Assembly: GCA_030691625.1 (NCBI GenBank)
Contig: JAUYDX010000088.1
Coordinates: 1,856 to 65,855 of the forward strand
Direction of reading: 5' to 3'
Length of the DNA stretch: 64,000 bases
DNA from: Candidatus Omnitrophota bacterium
GTDB lineage: Bacteria > Omnitrophota > Gorgyraeia > Gorgyraeales > Gorgyraeaceae
The notes beneath the pieces are model-generated. The model was given only the letters and a program-made list of their open reading frames with translations, was not told where the DNA came from and searched no databases. A program made the translations under genes and the position numbers. Below are positions 22,268-32,725 of this stretch, piece after piece; within the stretch, counting starts at the first letter, position 1, and each line of letters starts with the position of its first letter.

Positions 22268-23113
22268 ATGAAAAAACTATCTTTTCAAGAAGTTGTGGAG
22301 AAGCTGAATAAGTTCTGGGCTGATAAGGGGTGTCTGATTGTCGAGCCGCTGGATACAGAGGTGGGCGCAGGCACTTTTCATCCAGCCACTTTTTTTAAAT
22401 CCCTTGGGAAAGACCCGTGGAGGGTGGCGTATGTCCAGCCTTCAAGGCGGCCGTGCGACGGAAGATACGCGGATAATCCTTTAAGGCTTCAGCATTATTA
22501 TCAGTATCAGGTGGTCATAAAGCCGACAGTCCCTGACATAAGAAAAATCTATCTGGACAGCCTCAAATACCTGGGTATAAATTTAAAGGCCCATGAGGTG
22601 AGATTTGTGGAAGACGACTGGGAATCTCCCACGCTGGGAGCGTCAGGACTGGGCTGGGAAGTCTGGCTGGACAGCCTGGAGATCACGCAGTTTACTTATT
22701 TTCAGCAGGTGGCAGGCATAGAGCTGGACATGGTGCCGTGCGAAATCACTTACGGGCTCGAACGCATATGCATGTTTATCCAGGAGAAATTCAATCTGTT
22801 TGACCTGGAGTGGCATAAGGGCGTGACCTACGGAGATATTCACAGGCGCCACGAACTGGAATATTCAAAATATAATTTCGAGGAAGCTGACATAGAGATG
22901 TATTTAAAGATGTTTGAATGGTTCGAGAAAGAGGCGAATAGGCTGGCGGATAAAGGCCTGGCGTATCCCGCGTACAGTTTCGCGCTCAAAGCGTCTCACG
23001 CGTTCAACGTGCTGGACGCGAGAGGCGCGATAAGCCAGAACGAGAGGCCGCGTTATATCGCGAGGGTGCGCGGACTTGCCAAACGCTGCGCCGAGACATA
23101 CCTTCAATCATAA
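22268..23113 (+). CDS. glyQ: Glycine--tRNA ligase alpha subunit
   Basis: '[12 protein letters not shown]', 'YVQPSRRP', 'EITYGLERI'. Confidence 0.97.
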   Translation: MKKLSFQEVVEKLNKFWADKGCLIVEPLDTEVGAGTFHPATFFKSLGKDPWRVAYVQPSRRPCDGRYADNPLRLQHYYQYQVVIKPTVPDIRKIYLDSLKYLGINLKAHEVRFVEDDWESPTLGASGLGWEVWLDSLEITQFTYFQQVAGIELDMVPCEITYGLERICMFIQEKFNLFDLEWHKGVTYGDIHRRHELEYSKYNFEEADIEMYLKMFEWFEKEANRLADKGLAYPAYSFALKASHAFNVLDARGAISQNERPRYIARVRGLAKRCAETYLQS

Positions 23114-23156
23114 ACAACTTGACACTTGTGACATTGTTATAAGTGTCAAGTTGTTT
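23112..23156. repeat. Family A palindrome (A8)
   Basis: IR overlapping glyQ stop. Confidence 0.95.
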
Positions 23157-23172
23157 GGGGATGGGGAGTAGT

Positions 23173-25221
23173 ATGACGGATTTTTTGCTGGAGATAAATG
23201 TGGAAGAGCTGCCTTGCGGTTATGTGAGGCCTGGCCTGGATAGATTAAGGAGCGCGTTTTCCGAAAAGCTCAAGCTAAACCGCATAGCTCATGGCGAGAT
23301 ATATAGTTTCGGGACAGCAGGCGCGCTTGTTTGTTATATAAAGGATATGGCGTTGAAACAGGAGGAGCTCATCGAGGAAGTGAGCGGCCCGCCAAAAAGG
23401 GTGGCGTTTGATGAAAATAACAATGTCACGGCTCAGGGCGCTGGTTTTGCGAAAAATCAGGGCGTGGACGTAAAAGACCTGCAGGTAAAATCAACGCCTA
23501 AAGGCGAGTACGTATTCATTGTCAGAAAAATAAAGGCAAGGCCGGCAAAAGAAATCCTGGCAAGCCTGGTTCCTGAAATTATAAAATCCCTCACTTTTCC
23601 AAAGACAATGAAATGGGACAGCTCAGGCCTGAGATTCGCAAGGCCTATAGAGTCTATATTGGTTTTACTGGACAAGGAAAATATAAATATCAAAATGGGA
23701 AACGCGCCTGCCAAAATTATTAAAGGCGTATCAGCGGCCGCGTATCTTAGAAAACTTCAAAAAACCTATATCCTGGACCAGGACAAAAGAAAACAGGAGA
23801 TAGAAAATATGATCGCCTCAGCCCAGAAAAAACTCGGCCTGGACGAGGCAATTGACCAGGCGCTTCTCGAGGAGACGACGTTTCTTGTCAAATCGCCTGT
23901 ATTAATGACAGGGGATTTTGACAAGAAGTTTCTCGCCATACCAAAAGATGTCCTGGCTGCCAGCATGTCAAAGCATCAGAGGATTTTTACGCTTTCCAAA
24001 GGCGGAAAACTCGTGAATAAATTTATCGCCGTGATCGACGGAAAAGGCAGGGATATATCAAAGATGAAAAGGGTCTACGCGAATATCCTGGAGGCCAGGC
24101 TAAAGGACAGCCTGTTTTTTTACAACGAAGACATTAAGAGGCCTCTCGACAGCCAGACCGAAAAATTAAAAGACTCGATTTTTCAAAAGGATTTAGGTAG
24201 TATGTTCGAAAAAATTCAAAGGCTGGAAGAGCTGTCTTTATTTATCGCGGAAAAGCTGGGCATAGACGCTTCAAAAAGAGCAGACATAAAAAGGGCGGCG
24301 CGTCTTTCGAAATCAGACCTGGTAACTCACATGGTAGGCGAATTTCCGAGCCTGCAGGGCGCCATGGGCATGGAATACGCCATTAAAAGCGGAGAAAAAG
24401 AAGCAGCAGCGATAGCCATAAAAGAGCATTATCTGCCTAAGGGCATGGACGATAGCCTCCCATCGACAATAGAAGGCGCTGTGTTAGCGATAACTGACAG
24501 GCTGGACAATATAGTCGGATTTCTGGGAAGCGGCATGGAGCCTAAGGGCAGTTTTGATCCGTTTGGCATCAGGAGAAACACCCAGGGCCTGATCCAGATT
24601 TTAAATAACAGGTGTTTCAGGCTGGACATCACTACGCTGATCAGCAAGGCAATAGAGCTGTATAAAGGCAAGCTCAAGGTGCCGGCCAGCGAGTTAGAGC
24701 AAAAGGCGATCGCCTATATAAAGGAAAGGATAGGATTTCTCGCGCCTGACACAAGGCCGCTGGAATTAAAACAGGCGGTGCTTAAGGCCGGCTGCAATGA
24801 CATTGTGGCTGTATTTAAAAGGGTGGAGGCGCTTTCAGAGATAAGCGCTGAAAAATATTTTTTAAAGGCGGCCAAGGTATGCGAAAGGACGAGCAATATC
24901 CTGAAAGGCGCCAGGGGAGAAAAAATAGGCTCAGTGGACCAGGCCCTTTTAAAGGAGGATCTGGAAAAAGAGGTATGGAAGCTATACTCAGCCAATAGCG
25001 AAACGATACGAGATTTGATAAAAAAAGAAAGATACAAAGAGGCCACCAGGGTGTATGGAGAGGCGTTTTTCGAAGCCCTGCATAAATTTTTCGACAACGT
25101 TCTTGTGAACGCGGAAGATAAGGCCTTGAGGCAGAACAGGCTTGCGATGATGCATGCTATAAACAGGCTATATACGGATGATGTAGCTGATCTGGCAATG
25201 TTGCCGCAGATAGTAGTTTAA
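23173..25221 (+). CDS. glyS: Glycine--tRNA ligase beta subunit
   Basis: 'LLEINVEELP', 'RFARP', 'MVGEFPSLQG', 'DPFGIRR'. Confidence 0.95.
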   Translation: MTDFLLEINVEELPCGYVRPGLDRLRSAFSEKLKLNRIAHGEIYSFGTAGALVCYIKDMALKQEELIEEVSGPPKRVAFDENNNVTAQGAGFAKNQGVDVKDLQVKSTPKGEYVFIVRKIKARPAKEILASLVPEIIKSLTFPKTMKWDSSGLRFARPIESILVLLDKENINIKMGNAPAKIIKGVSAAAYLRKLQKTYILDQDKRKQEIENMIASAQKKLGLDEAIDQALLEETTFLVKSPVLMTGDFDKKFLAIPKDVLAASMSKHQRIFTLSKGGKLVNKFIAVIDGKGRDISKMKRVYANILEARLKDSLFFYNEDIKRPLDSQTEKLKDSIFQKDLGSMFEKIQRLEELSLFIAEKLGIDASKRADIKRAARLSKSDLVTHMVGEFPSLQGAMGMEYAIKSGEKEAAAIAIKEHYLPKGMDDSLPSTIEGAVLAITDRLDNIVGFLGSGMEPKGSFDPFGIRRNTQGLIQILNNRCFRLDITTLISKAIELYKGKLKVPASELEQKAIAYIKERIGFLAPDTRPLELKQAVLKAGCNDIVAVFKRVEALSEISAEKYFLKAAKVCERTSNILKGARGEKIGSVDQALLKEDLEKEVWKLYSANSETIRDLIKKERYKEATRVYGEAFFEALHKFFDNVLVNAEDKALRQNRLAMMHAINRLYTDDVADLAMLPQIVV

Positions 25222-25222
25222 C

Positions 25223-25265
25223 TTTGGTGCCAGGCACCGTGCCAGGCACGGTGCCTGGCACCAAA
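25223..25265. repeat. Family D palindrome, three units (D2)
   Basis: 21-bp perfect arms around 1 nt; GTGCCAGGCAC units. Confidence 0.92.
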
Positions 25266-25288
25266 TGAGAAAGGAAGGCAGTAGCAAA

Positions 25289-28015
25289 ATGGGCAAGATG
25301 GTTTACTTCTTTGGCGGTGGAAAGGCGGACGGAAAAGAGAGCATGAAAAATCTCTTAGGGGGAAAGGGCGCTAACCTGGCTGAAATGGCGGGCCATAAGG
25401 ATTTAAGGCTGCCCGTGCCTCCCGGTTTTACAATAACTACAGAGGTGTGCGCTTATTATTATCAGAATAAAGGCAGATACCCGAAGGCCCTGAAAGAAGA
25501 GGTTGAGAAAAATCTGGCAAAGGTGGAAAAATTAATGGCTAAGGGCTTTGGCGACACAATGAACCCGCTCCTGGTTTCTGTGCGTTCCGGCGCGCGCAAA
25601 TCAATGCCGGGCATGATGGAGACAGTTTTAAACGTAGGCCTGACTGAAAAAACAATACCAGGACTCATAAAACAGACAGGCAACGAGAGGTTTGTTTACG
25701 ACGCGTACAGGCGGCTCATAATGATGTATTCAGACGTTGTCATGGAAAAGGCAGCCGGAGTGGAACCTGAAGGCGACATGGGTATACGTAAACAGCTTGA
25801 GAAGATAATGAGCGCTGTAAAACAGAAAAAGGGAGCGAAGAGCGACACTGATCTGAACGCGGCGGACCTTAAGAAACTCTGCGGTGATTTCAAGAAAAAG
25901 ATAAAAGAGGCGCTTGGCAAGGATTTCCCGGATGATCATTATGAACAGCTCTGGGGCGGCATAAGCGCTGTATTCGCGTCGTGGAATGGCAAGCGCGCCA
26001 TATCTTACAGGAGGATAGAGAACATACCTCACGAGTGGGGCACTGCTGTGAATGTGCAGACAATGGTGTTCGGCAACATGGGCAATGACTCAGCCACAGG
26101 CGTGGCGTTTACCAGAAATCCCGGCAACGGCGAAAATGATTTTTACGGCGAGTATCTCGTGAACGCGCAGGGAGAAGATGTGGTTGCGGGCATCAGGACC
26201 CCTGCCCCGATAAACGCGTATTCCGCGAGCGAACACAATAAAGAGCTTGTAAGGCTTGAAAAATTCATGCCTGATATTTACAAAGAACTTTGCGGCATAA
26301 GAAAGAGATTGGAAAAACATTACAGGGACATGCAGGATATTGAGTTTACCATTGAAAAGGGAAAGCTTTTTATGCTCCAGTGCCGCTCAGGAAAAAGGAA
26401 CGGGCCGGCCGCGGTAAGGATGGCCGTGGACATGATAAAGGAAAAACTCATAGACGCTAAAACAGCTGTTATGAGGGTTACCCCGGATCAGATGGATGAA
26501 TTACTGCATCCTATAATAGACCCTAAAGCAGAGAAGGCGACTAAGCCGGTCGCGAAAGGTTTGCCTGCAGGCCCCGGAGGCGCGGTGGGCCAGGCGGTGT
26601 TCACAGCCGAAGACTCTGTCAAGTGGAAGAAAGACGGCAAAAAGACAATACTTGTGCGCGAAGAGACGAATCCTGAAGACGTTGAGGGTATGAGGGCGTC
26701 TGAAGCGATACTTACAGTGAGGGGCGGAATGACTTCTCACGCCGCGCTTGTCGCGAGGGGCTGGGGCAAGTGCTGTATCGTGGGGTGCGGCAGTATAACA
26801 GTTGACCTGGAGGCGAAGGAATTTTCCGTCGGAGGAAAGACCTTCAAGGAAGGCGACTGGATTACGCTTAACGGCACAAAAGGTTATGTGTATGAAGGAA
26901 AACTTTCTATGATGGACGCGACAGAAGAAAATGATATACTGAGCCAGTTTCTCAAGACGTGCGATTCTGTCAGAAAACTGAAAATCAGGACCAACGCTGA
27001 CACGCCGCAGGACGCGAAGAAGGCAAGGTCGTTCGGAGCCGAGGGCATCGGCCTTTTCAGGACAGAGCACATGTTTTACGGCAAGGGTTCGGAAGAGCCT
27101 TTGTTTAAATTAAGAAAGATGATTGTTTCCAAGACAGTGGAGGAGAGAAAGGCGGCTCTGGCTGAACTTTTTGTTCACGTGAAGAGCGACATAAAGGGCA
27201 CACTTGAGGCCATGGAAGGATATCCTGTTACAATAAGGCTTCTGGACCCGCCGCTTCATGAGTTTGTGCCGCACGAAGAGGCAAAATTAAAAGAGCTGGC
27301 AGAGAGCCTGAATATCTCAATGGAAGAGCTGGAAAAGAGGGCTTCGAACCTGCGCGAGTCAAATCCTATGATGGGGCACCGCGGTGTAAGGCTCGGGGTC
27401 ACGTATCCTGAAGTCACTGAGATGCAGGTCCGCGCCATACTTGAATCAGCAGTCGAACTTATCCAGGCGGGGAAAAAGATTTCGCCTGAGATAATGATAC
27501 CTGTGGTGTGCGACAAGAACGAACTGGTGAATCAAAAGGATATCGTAGACAGGGTTTATCAGGAGGTGACCAGTAAATATAAGGTAAAGAAACTGCCTTA
27601 CATGTTCGGCACCATGATAGAAATACCCAGGGCCGCGATAATGGCCGGCCGCATAGCGGAAAGCGCTGAGTTCTTTTCTTTCGGCACCAATGACCTCACC
27701 CAGATGAGTTTTGGTTTTTCAAGGGACGATATGGGCGGGTTCATAGGCGATTACCTGGAAAAAAATATTCTTCCAGCGGATCCGTTCCAGACCATTGATC
27801 AGGACGGGGTGGGAGAGCTGATAAAGATCGCTATTGAGCGCGGAAGAAAAACGCGGAAGGATCTGAAAATAGGGATTTGCGGAGAGCACGGCGGGGAACC
27901 GAAGTCAGTGGAGTTCTGCCACAAGGCCGGTATGAATTACGTGAGCTGTTCGCCGTTCAGGGTGCCGATCGCGAGATTAGCCGCGGCCCAGGCAGTGGCA
28001 AAGGAAATAAAATAA
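25289..28015 (+). CDS. ppdK: Pyruvate, phosphate dikinase
   Basis: 'LGGKGANLAEM', 'GGMTSHAALVARG', 'SFGTNDL', 'GICGEHGG'. Confidence 0.97.
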   Translation: MGKMVYFFGGGKADGKESMKNLLGGKGANLAEMAGHKDLRLPVPPGFTITTEVCAYYYQNKGRYPKALKEEVEKNLAKVEKLMAKGFGDTMNPLLVSVRSGARKSMPGMMETVLNVGLTEKTIPGLIKQTGNERFVYDAYRRLIMMYSDVVMEKAAGVEPEGDMGIRKQLEKIMSAVKQKKGAKSDTDLNAADLKKLCGDFKKKIKEALGKDFPDDHYEQLWGGISAVFASWNGKRAISYRRIENIPHEWGTAVNVQTMVFGNMGNDSATGVAFTRNPGNGENDFYGEYLVNAQGEDVVAGIRTPAPINAYSASEHNKELVRLEKFMPDIYKELCGIRKRLEKHYRDMQDIEFTIEKGKLFMLQCRSGKRNGPAAVRMAVDMIKEKLIDAKTAVMRVTPDQMDELLHPIIDPKAEKATKPVAKGLPAGPGGAVGQAVFTAEDSVKWKKDGKKTILVREETNPEDVEGMRASEAILTVRGGMTSHAALVARGWGKCCIVGCGSITVDLEAKEFSVGGKTFKEGDWITLNGTKGYVYEGKLSMMDATEENDILSQFLKTCDSVRKLKIRTNADTPQDAKKARSFGAEGIGLFRTEHMFYGKGSEEPLFKLRKMIVSKTVEERKAALAELFVHVKSDIKGTLEAMEGYPVTIRLLDPPLHEFVPHEEAKLKELAESLNISMEELEKRASNLRESNPMMGHRGVRLGVTYPEVTEMQVRAILESAVELIQAGKKISPEIMIPVVCDKNELVNQKDIVDRVYQEVTSKYKVKKLPYMFGTMIEIPRAAIMAGRIAESAEFFSFGTNDLTQMSFGFSRDDMGGFIGDYLEKNILPADPFQTIDQDGVGELIKIAIERGRKTRKDLKIGICGEHGGEPKSVEFCHKAGMNYVSCSPFRVPIARLAAAQAVAKEIK

Positions 28016-28022
28016 AAACTGT

Positions 28023-28061
28023 TTGGTGCCTGGCACCATTTTAAAAGGTGCCAGGCACCAA
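28023..28061. repeat. Family D palindrome (D3)
   Basis: TTGGTGCCTGGCACC-N9-GGTGCCAGGCACCAA. Confidence 0.92.
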
Positions 28062-28068
28062 TAAAATT

Positions 28069-28890
28069 ATGGACGCTATAAAATTATATCTCAAGGCAAT
28101 AAAGGATACGCCGTTATTGACAGCTGCGGAAGAAATTTCCCTGGCTAAAAAAGTCAGGGCAGGCAATGTCCACGCCCAGAAAAGGATGATACAATCCAAT
28201 CTGAGGCTCGTGGTAAATATTGCCAAGAGATATTCCAAGCTTGGCGTTCCCATGATGGACCTTATAGAGGAGGGGAATCTGGGCCTTATGAAGGCGGTGA
28301 AAAAATACAACCCTCATAAAGGCTACAGGTTTTCCACATATGCCGCGTGGTGGATAAAGCAGTACATCACAAGGGCCATTGCCAACCAGGGCAAGACCAT
28401 CAGGATACCTGTTTACATGACAGAGATCATTAACAGGTGGAAAAGGGTGACTGAGCATCTGACGCAGAAATACGGAAGGAAGCCGAAGACAAAAGAGGTG
28501 GCAAAGCTTATGAGACTGCCTATGAGAAAGATCAGGGAGATAAGCGAGACAGCCACCAAGATCTCCTCGCTTGACGCCCCTATCGGCGAAGAAGGCACGG
28601 GCCAGTTTATTGACCTCATAGAAGACGCCTCGAGCATTTCTCCGACAGACAATGTGACTGACAGCCTCCGCCGCGAAAGGGTGGTCCAGCTTTTGGACAG
28701 GATGAACGAGCGCGAGAAAAAAATACTGGACCTCAGGTTTGGCCTGACTGACGGAACTACTCATACGCTGGGCGAGACAGCGAAGATGTTCGGCATCACG
28801 AGAGAAAGGGTCAGGCAGATAGAAAGCGCGGCGCTGGAAAAATTAAGGCAATACATCATGCAGCAGACAGGGGAAATGGGGGAATACTAA
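28069..28890 (+). CDS. RpoD/RpoS-family sigma70 factor lacking region 1.1
   Basis: 'SNLRLVVNIAKRY', 'RFSTYAAWWIKQ', 'TRERVRQIE'. Confidence 0.93.
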   Translation: MDAIKLYLKAIKDTPLLTAAEEISLAKKVRAGNVHAQKRMIQSNLRLVVNIAKRYSKLGVPMMDLIEEGNLGLMKAVKKYNPHKGYRFSTYAAWWIKQYITRAIANQGKTIRIPVYMTEIINRWKRVTEHLTQKYGRKPKTKEVAKLMRLPMRKIREISETATKISSLDAPIGEEGTGQFIDLIEDASSISPTDNVTDSLRRERVVQLLDRMNEREKKILDLRFGLTDGTTHTLGETAKMFGITRERVRQIESAALEKLRQYIMQQTGEMGEY

Positions 28891-29405
28891 TGGACGACTT
28901 AAAGAAATATATCCGCAATATCCAGGATTTTCCTAAGAAAGGCATTCTTTTCAGGGACATTACCACGCTGATCGGGAATAAAGAAAAATTCAGAGAGGTA
29001 ATAGACGCGCTGGCTGAAAGATATTCCGGCAAAAAAATAGACGCGGTTATTGCCATTGAATCGCGCGGTTTTATTTTCGGCGCGGCCCTGGCTTATAAAT
29101 TAGGAGCCGGTTTTGTGCTGGTGAGAAAAAAAGGGAAACTTCCTTATAAGACAATCCAGGCGGCATATTCCCTGGAATACGGCGAAGATACGCTCGAGAT
29201 GCACCAGGACGCCATAGCGCCTGGCGCAAGGGTATTGCTCATAGATGATTTGCTGGCAACGGGCGGTACCATGGCCGCGGTGACAGGCCTTGTGAAAAAA
29301 TTAAAAGGCGAGATCGCGGAGATCGCGTTTATCATAGAGCTGAAGGACCTGAAAGGCCGCTCCAAGCTCAAAGATTTCCCGGTCTATTCCATGATCCAAT
29401 ATTAA
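28890..29405 (+). CDS. apt: Adenine phosphoribosyltransferase
   Basis: 'DFPKKGILFRDIT', 'ESRGF', 'IDDLLATGGT'. Confidence 0.96.
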   Translation: MDDLKKYIRNIQDFPKKGILFRDITTLIGNKEKFREVIDALAERYSGKKIDAVIAIESRGFIFGAALAYKLGAGFVLVRKKGKLPYKTIQAAYSLEYGEDTLEMHQDAIAPGARVLLIDDLLATGGTMAAVTGLVKKLKGEIAEIAFIIELKDLKGRSKLKDFPVYSMIQY

Positions 29406-29424
29406 GTCGTAGAGCTTATGCAGG

Positions 29425-29526
29425 AGTTCTCGACTAGGCTTGCATTTTAAGATTACTGCGTCCGCTCGAACAATAATATTCTTCGAGCGGCCCCGGGAGC
29501 GGGATACGTAAGCAGAGTCGAGAACT
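29425..29526. repeat. Family B nested palindrome (B5)
   Basis: AGTTCTCGACT...AGTCGAGAACT with inner CCGCTCGAA/TTCGAGCGG. Confidence 0.9.
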
Positions 29527-29549
29527 AATTACGGAACTGCGCGGAAGAT

Positions 29550-29626
29550 GTCCCAGTAGCTCAGATGGATAGAGCACAGGTTTCCTAAACCTGGGGTCGG
29601 GCGTTCGAATCGCCCCTGGGACGCCA
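29550..29626 (+). tRNA. tRNA-Arg(CCT)
   Basis: Cloverleaf: acceptor GTCCCAG/CTGGGAC, anticodon arm CAGGT-TTCCTAA-ACCTG, TTCGAAT loop, encoded CCA. Confidence 0.96.
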
Positions 29627-29670
29627 AACAACCTTACACTTGTGACATTGTTATAAGTGTCAAGTTGTTT
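29626..29670. repeat. Family A palindrome (A9) abutting tRNA CCA
   Basis: IR starts at terminal A of tRNA. Confidence 0.9.
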
Positions 29671-29684
29671 GAGGGGGATGAGAA

Positions 29685-30332
29685 ATGATAGATTTACATA
29701 CGCATACATTGCTTAGCGATGGGGAGCTTTTACCGAGCGAGCTTGCCAGGCGCGCGCAGGAAAAGGGTTACAAGGTTATTGGTATAACTGATCACGCGGA
29801 TTCTTCCAATATTGATTTTGTGGCGCCGCGCGTTGTGACAGTGTGCAGTGATATAAACAAGCACTGGAAGATAAAGGCGGTCCCTGGCATAGAGATCACG
29901 CACATGCCGCTCGAGCTTATAAAAGGCGCGGTGAAATTCGCCAGGTCTAAGGGCGTGAAGCTTATATTGGCGCACGGAGAGACAATCGCGGAGCCGGTTA
30001 TTGAAGGCACGAATAAGCAGGCGCTGCTTTCAGGCATTGATATTTTAAGTCATCCCGGGCTTATTTCTCCGGAAGACGCGAAGCTCGCCGCCAATAAAAA
30101 CATATACCTTGAAATTACAGCCCGCAAAGGCCACTCGCTTACTAACGGCCATGTTGTGAAAATTGCCAGGGCCGCAGGCGCGAAACTGGTCTTAAACACA
30201 GATTCCCATTCGCCTGAAAATCTCATTACAAAAGATCTCGCGGAAAAAATTCTTTCTGGCGCGGGGCTTGATAAAAAAGAAATCGCGCAGGTGTTTAAAA
30301 ATTCCGAAGACCTGGTTAAGAAGCTATCTTGA
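29685..30332 (+). CDS. PHP-domain phosphoesterase (histidinol-phosphatase-like)
   Basis: 'DLHTHTLLSDG', 'ITDH', 'NTDSH'. Confidence 0.9.
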   Translation: MIDLHTHTLLSDGELLPSELARRAQEKGYKVIGITDHADSSNIDFVAPRVVTVCSDINKHWKIKAVPGIEITHMPLELIKGAVKFARSKGVKLILAHGETIAEPVIEGTNKQALLSGIDILSHPGLISPEDAKLAANKNIYLEITARKGHSLTNGHVVKIARAAGAKLVLNTDSHSPENLITKDLAEKILSGAGLDKKEIAQVFKNSEDLVKKLS

Positions 30333-30378
30333 CAATAATAGGCATGTGTAGTAACCTTATTACAAAAAGGGGGATGAT

Positions 30379-30849
30379 ATGAACAAAACAAGGTTTTTAG
30401 TTCTTATTGCTTGTTTATTGGCTTTATCGGCAGGCTGTGTCACGCTTCCTAAAGACGAATCTGTCGATGGAGAAAAAAATGCCGCGCCGCTTTCCGTGGC
30501 GCCTATCCTTAAATTTGAAGACATACCTGTTCCTGCGGGTTTTAAGCTTCTGGACAAGGAGTCTTTCGCGTTCCAGAACGATAAGTCGAGAGTCGCGCTT
30601 TTGAAATATTACGGCGGTAAGAATTCTGAAAATGTGATTATGTTCTACAAAGAGCAGATGGCGGCATTTAACTGGTCTTTGGTCAACATAATAGAGTATG
30701 AAAGAAAGGTCATGAACTATGAAAATTCAGAGGAAAGCTGTATTATCACCATACAGCCACAGGGCGGGAAAAGCCTGATAACAGTGGCGCTTTCTCCTAA
30801 GTCAAGGCCTATGAAACCGGAAAAATCCAGCTCCAGGGAATACAAATAG
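30379..30849 (+). CDS. Hypothetical lipoprotein
   Basis: Lipobox SAGC, SD, 'KFEDIPVPAGF'. Confidence 0.75.
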   Translation: MNKTRFLVLIACLLALSAGCVTLPKDESVDGEKNAAPLSVAPILKFEDIPVPAGFKLLDKESFAFQNDKSRVALLKYYGGKNSENVIMFYKEQMAAFNWSLVNIIEYERKVMNYENSEESCIITIQPQGGKSLITVALSPKSRPMKPEKSSSREYK

Positions 30850-30853
30850 TATA

Positions 30854-30896
30854 AAATGGTGCCAGGCACTACTACAAATAGTGCCTGGCACCATTT
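30854..30896. repeat. Family D palindrome (D4)
   Basis: AAATGGTGCCAGGCACTA...TAGTGCCTGGCACCATTT. Confidence 0.92.
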
Positions 30897-30913
30897 AAAC
30901 ACCCTTTTTCCAC

Positions 30914-30942
30914 TTGACAAGTATATATATATAAGGTATACT
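30914..30942 (+). promoter_or_regulatory. sigma70 promoter for porin gene
   Basis: TTGACA-17-TATACT. Confidence 0.8.
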
Positions 30943-30948
30943 TTTTTG

Positions 30949-30982
30949 TAATGTAGGGCGGGTTTAAACCCGCCCTACATTA
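30949..30982. repeat. GTAG-type REP (family E)
   Basis: Perfect 34-bp palindrome TAATGTAGGGCGGGTTT/AAACCCGCCCTACATTA. Confidence 0.88.
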
Positions 30983-31167
30983 GTGCAAAAGAAGTAAACG
31001 CTTTCAAGTAAGCGTATACCGCTATAGGCAGCTTTAATCTTTGCGAGAAAGGAGAGTGAAAAACTTAAAGCAGAAGCAGCCAAAACATATAGCGATATAT
31101 CATAGAGAGAAAGATAATTTTAGGTAAAACCTAGTTATAATAAAATGTAACCAAGGAGGAAAAGTAA

Positions 31168-32631
31168 ATGAGTAGATTCTTAAAATTAATGAGTATACTA
31201 GCGATAGTAGCTCTCATTGCTGTGCCGGCGTTCGCAGAAGTGCAGAACGTAAAGGTCAGCGGTGATATTGATTCAAAGGCTATTTCGAGGAACCAGTATG
31301 ATTTTTCCAATGGTAACTCAAATGGCAACGCGCAGCCAGGTACCTTCTCTTACAATGATAATGATACATGGTTCAACACAACTGCAAGGGTTCAGGTTGA
31401 CGCAGATTTGACTGACAATGTATCTACTGTCGTAAGGCTTTTGAATGAAAGAGATTGGGGCGTAGAAGCACCTGCAGGTAACACATCTGGCGACACAACT
31501 ATAGCTCTGGATCTCGCGAACGTAAAGATGAAAGAGATATTTTGTCAGCCTCTAGCCTTAACCATTGGCCGTCAGAACATCAGATTAGGCAGTGGATTAG
31601 TGGTTGGGGATCCTGATACAAATGACATGAGCGTAAACGGCGCTGCTTTTGCAGGGGATCTTTCTGTGAGAAAATCTTTCGACGCTATAAAGGCAACATT
31701 GGATTATAATCCTTTGACAGTTGACCTTATTATGGCAAAGATTGATTCAAATACCGTTGGAAGAGCTCTTACAACAACCGGTTCCAGGACCAAAGATGAT
31801 GTTGACCTGTATGCAGTTAACGCGGCGTACAAGTTCAATAAGTATAATTCAGAATTAGAAGGATATTTAATTACAAAGATTGACCAGTCAATCGGCACAA
31901 CAACACCTCTTAAAGATCAGGTTAATGTATATGGAATAAGAGGCAGTTTGGAACCTATATCAAAGTTAATCCTGGATGCAGAACTGGCATATCAGAATGG
32001 TTCGTACGCAGATGCTACAATCAGCAGAACGATTGACAGGGAAGCATGGGCAGGCGACGTAGGCGCGCAGTTGGCAGTAGGTACAAAGTGGTCACCTGTA
32101 CTCGCAGCAAGATACAGCTATCGTTCCGGCCAGCAATCTCCGGGCACAGATGCTGATGCGGATGCAGAAAATTATGCCGGCGGCCAGGCAAAAACCAATA
32201 AATACGAGGCGTGGGACACCATGTTTGAAGACCAGACTCACGGCATTATCGCGAACGCGATTTTCTCCAACAATAATGACGGCGTGGATTCAAACGGCCA
32301 CACGATCAATGTAATGGCTTCTGTAGTGCCTTTACAGGACCTCACAGTGGCAGTGGATTATTACCATTATCTGTTAGCTGAAAAATGGTACTCAGACAAC
32401 CAGGCCGGAAGCACACTCAGCAACAGGATCATGAACAACGGCAACACAAGCTATGAAGTAAAAGACAAGACAGATTTAGGAGATGAAGTTGACGTATCAT
32501 TGGCGTATGACTACACAGAGGATGTGAAGCTTGGTTTAACAGCAGGGTTCTTTTTACCAGGCAAAGCGTTCCAGACGAACAACGAGAACATGGCATCAAC
32601 AGTCATGGCTGATGTAAAGGTTAGCTTCTAA
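31168..32631 (+). CDS. Outer-membrane beta-barrel porin (alginate-export-like)
   Basis: Signal peptide AFA, 'LTIGRQ', 'LGDEVDVSLAYDY', C-terminal F. Confidence 0.8.
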   Translation: MSRFLKLMSILAIVALIAVPAFAEVQNVKVSGDIDSKAISRNQYDFSNGNSNGNAQPGTFSYNDNDTWFNTTARVQVDADLTDNVSTVVRLLNERDWGVEAPAGNTSGDTTIALDLANVKMKEIFCQPLALTIGRQNIRLGSGLVVGDPDTNDMSVNGAAFAGDLSVRKSFDAIKATLDYNPLTVDLIMAKIDSNTVGRALTTTGSRTKDDVDLYAVNAAYKFNKYNSELEGYLITKIDQSIGTTTPLKDQVNVYGIRGSLEPISKLILDAELAYQNGSYADATISRTIDREAWAGDVGAQLAVGTKWSPVLAARYSYRSGQQSPGTDADADAENYAGGQAKTNKYEAWDTMFEDQTHGIIANAIFSNNNDGVDSNGHTINVMASVVPLQDLTVAVDYYHYLLAEKWYSDNQAGSTLSNRIMNNGNTSYEVKDKTDLGDEVDVSLAYDYTEDVKLGLTAGFFLPGKAFQTNNENMASTVMADVKVSF

Positions 32632-32655
32632 CCTGGTTTCGGCTTTAAGTTTTAC

Positions 32656-32693
32656 AGCCCCCGGAGGAGTAATCCTCCGGGGGTTTTTTATTT
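32656..32693 (+). terminator. Rho-independent terminator
   Basis: CCCCCGGAGGA-GTAA-TCCTCCGGGGG + T run. Confidence 0.92.
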
Positions 32694-32725
32694 ACATTGG
32701 ATTGATTTAAATGTATAATATATCC

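Noticed and set aside
29550-29700. Genomic island integrated at tRNA-Arg
   Set aside because: No integrase and no duplicated tRNA 3' end in the window.
31056-31115. 19-codon GTG ORF in the porin leader
   Set aside because: The SD-like GGAG is only 1 nt from the start and there is no other support.
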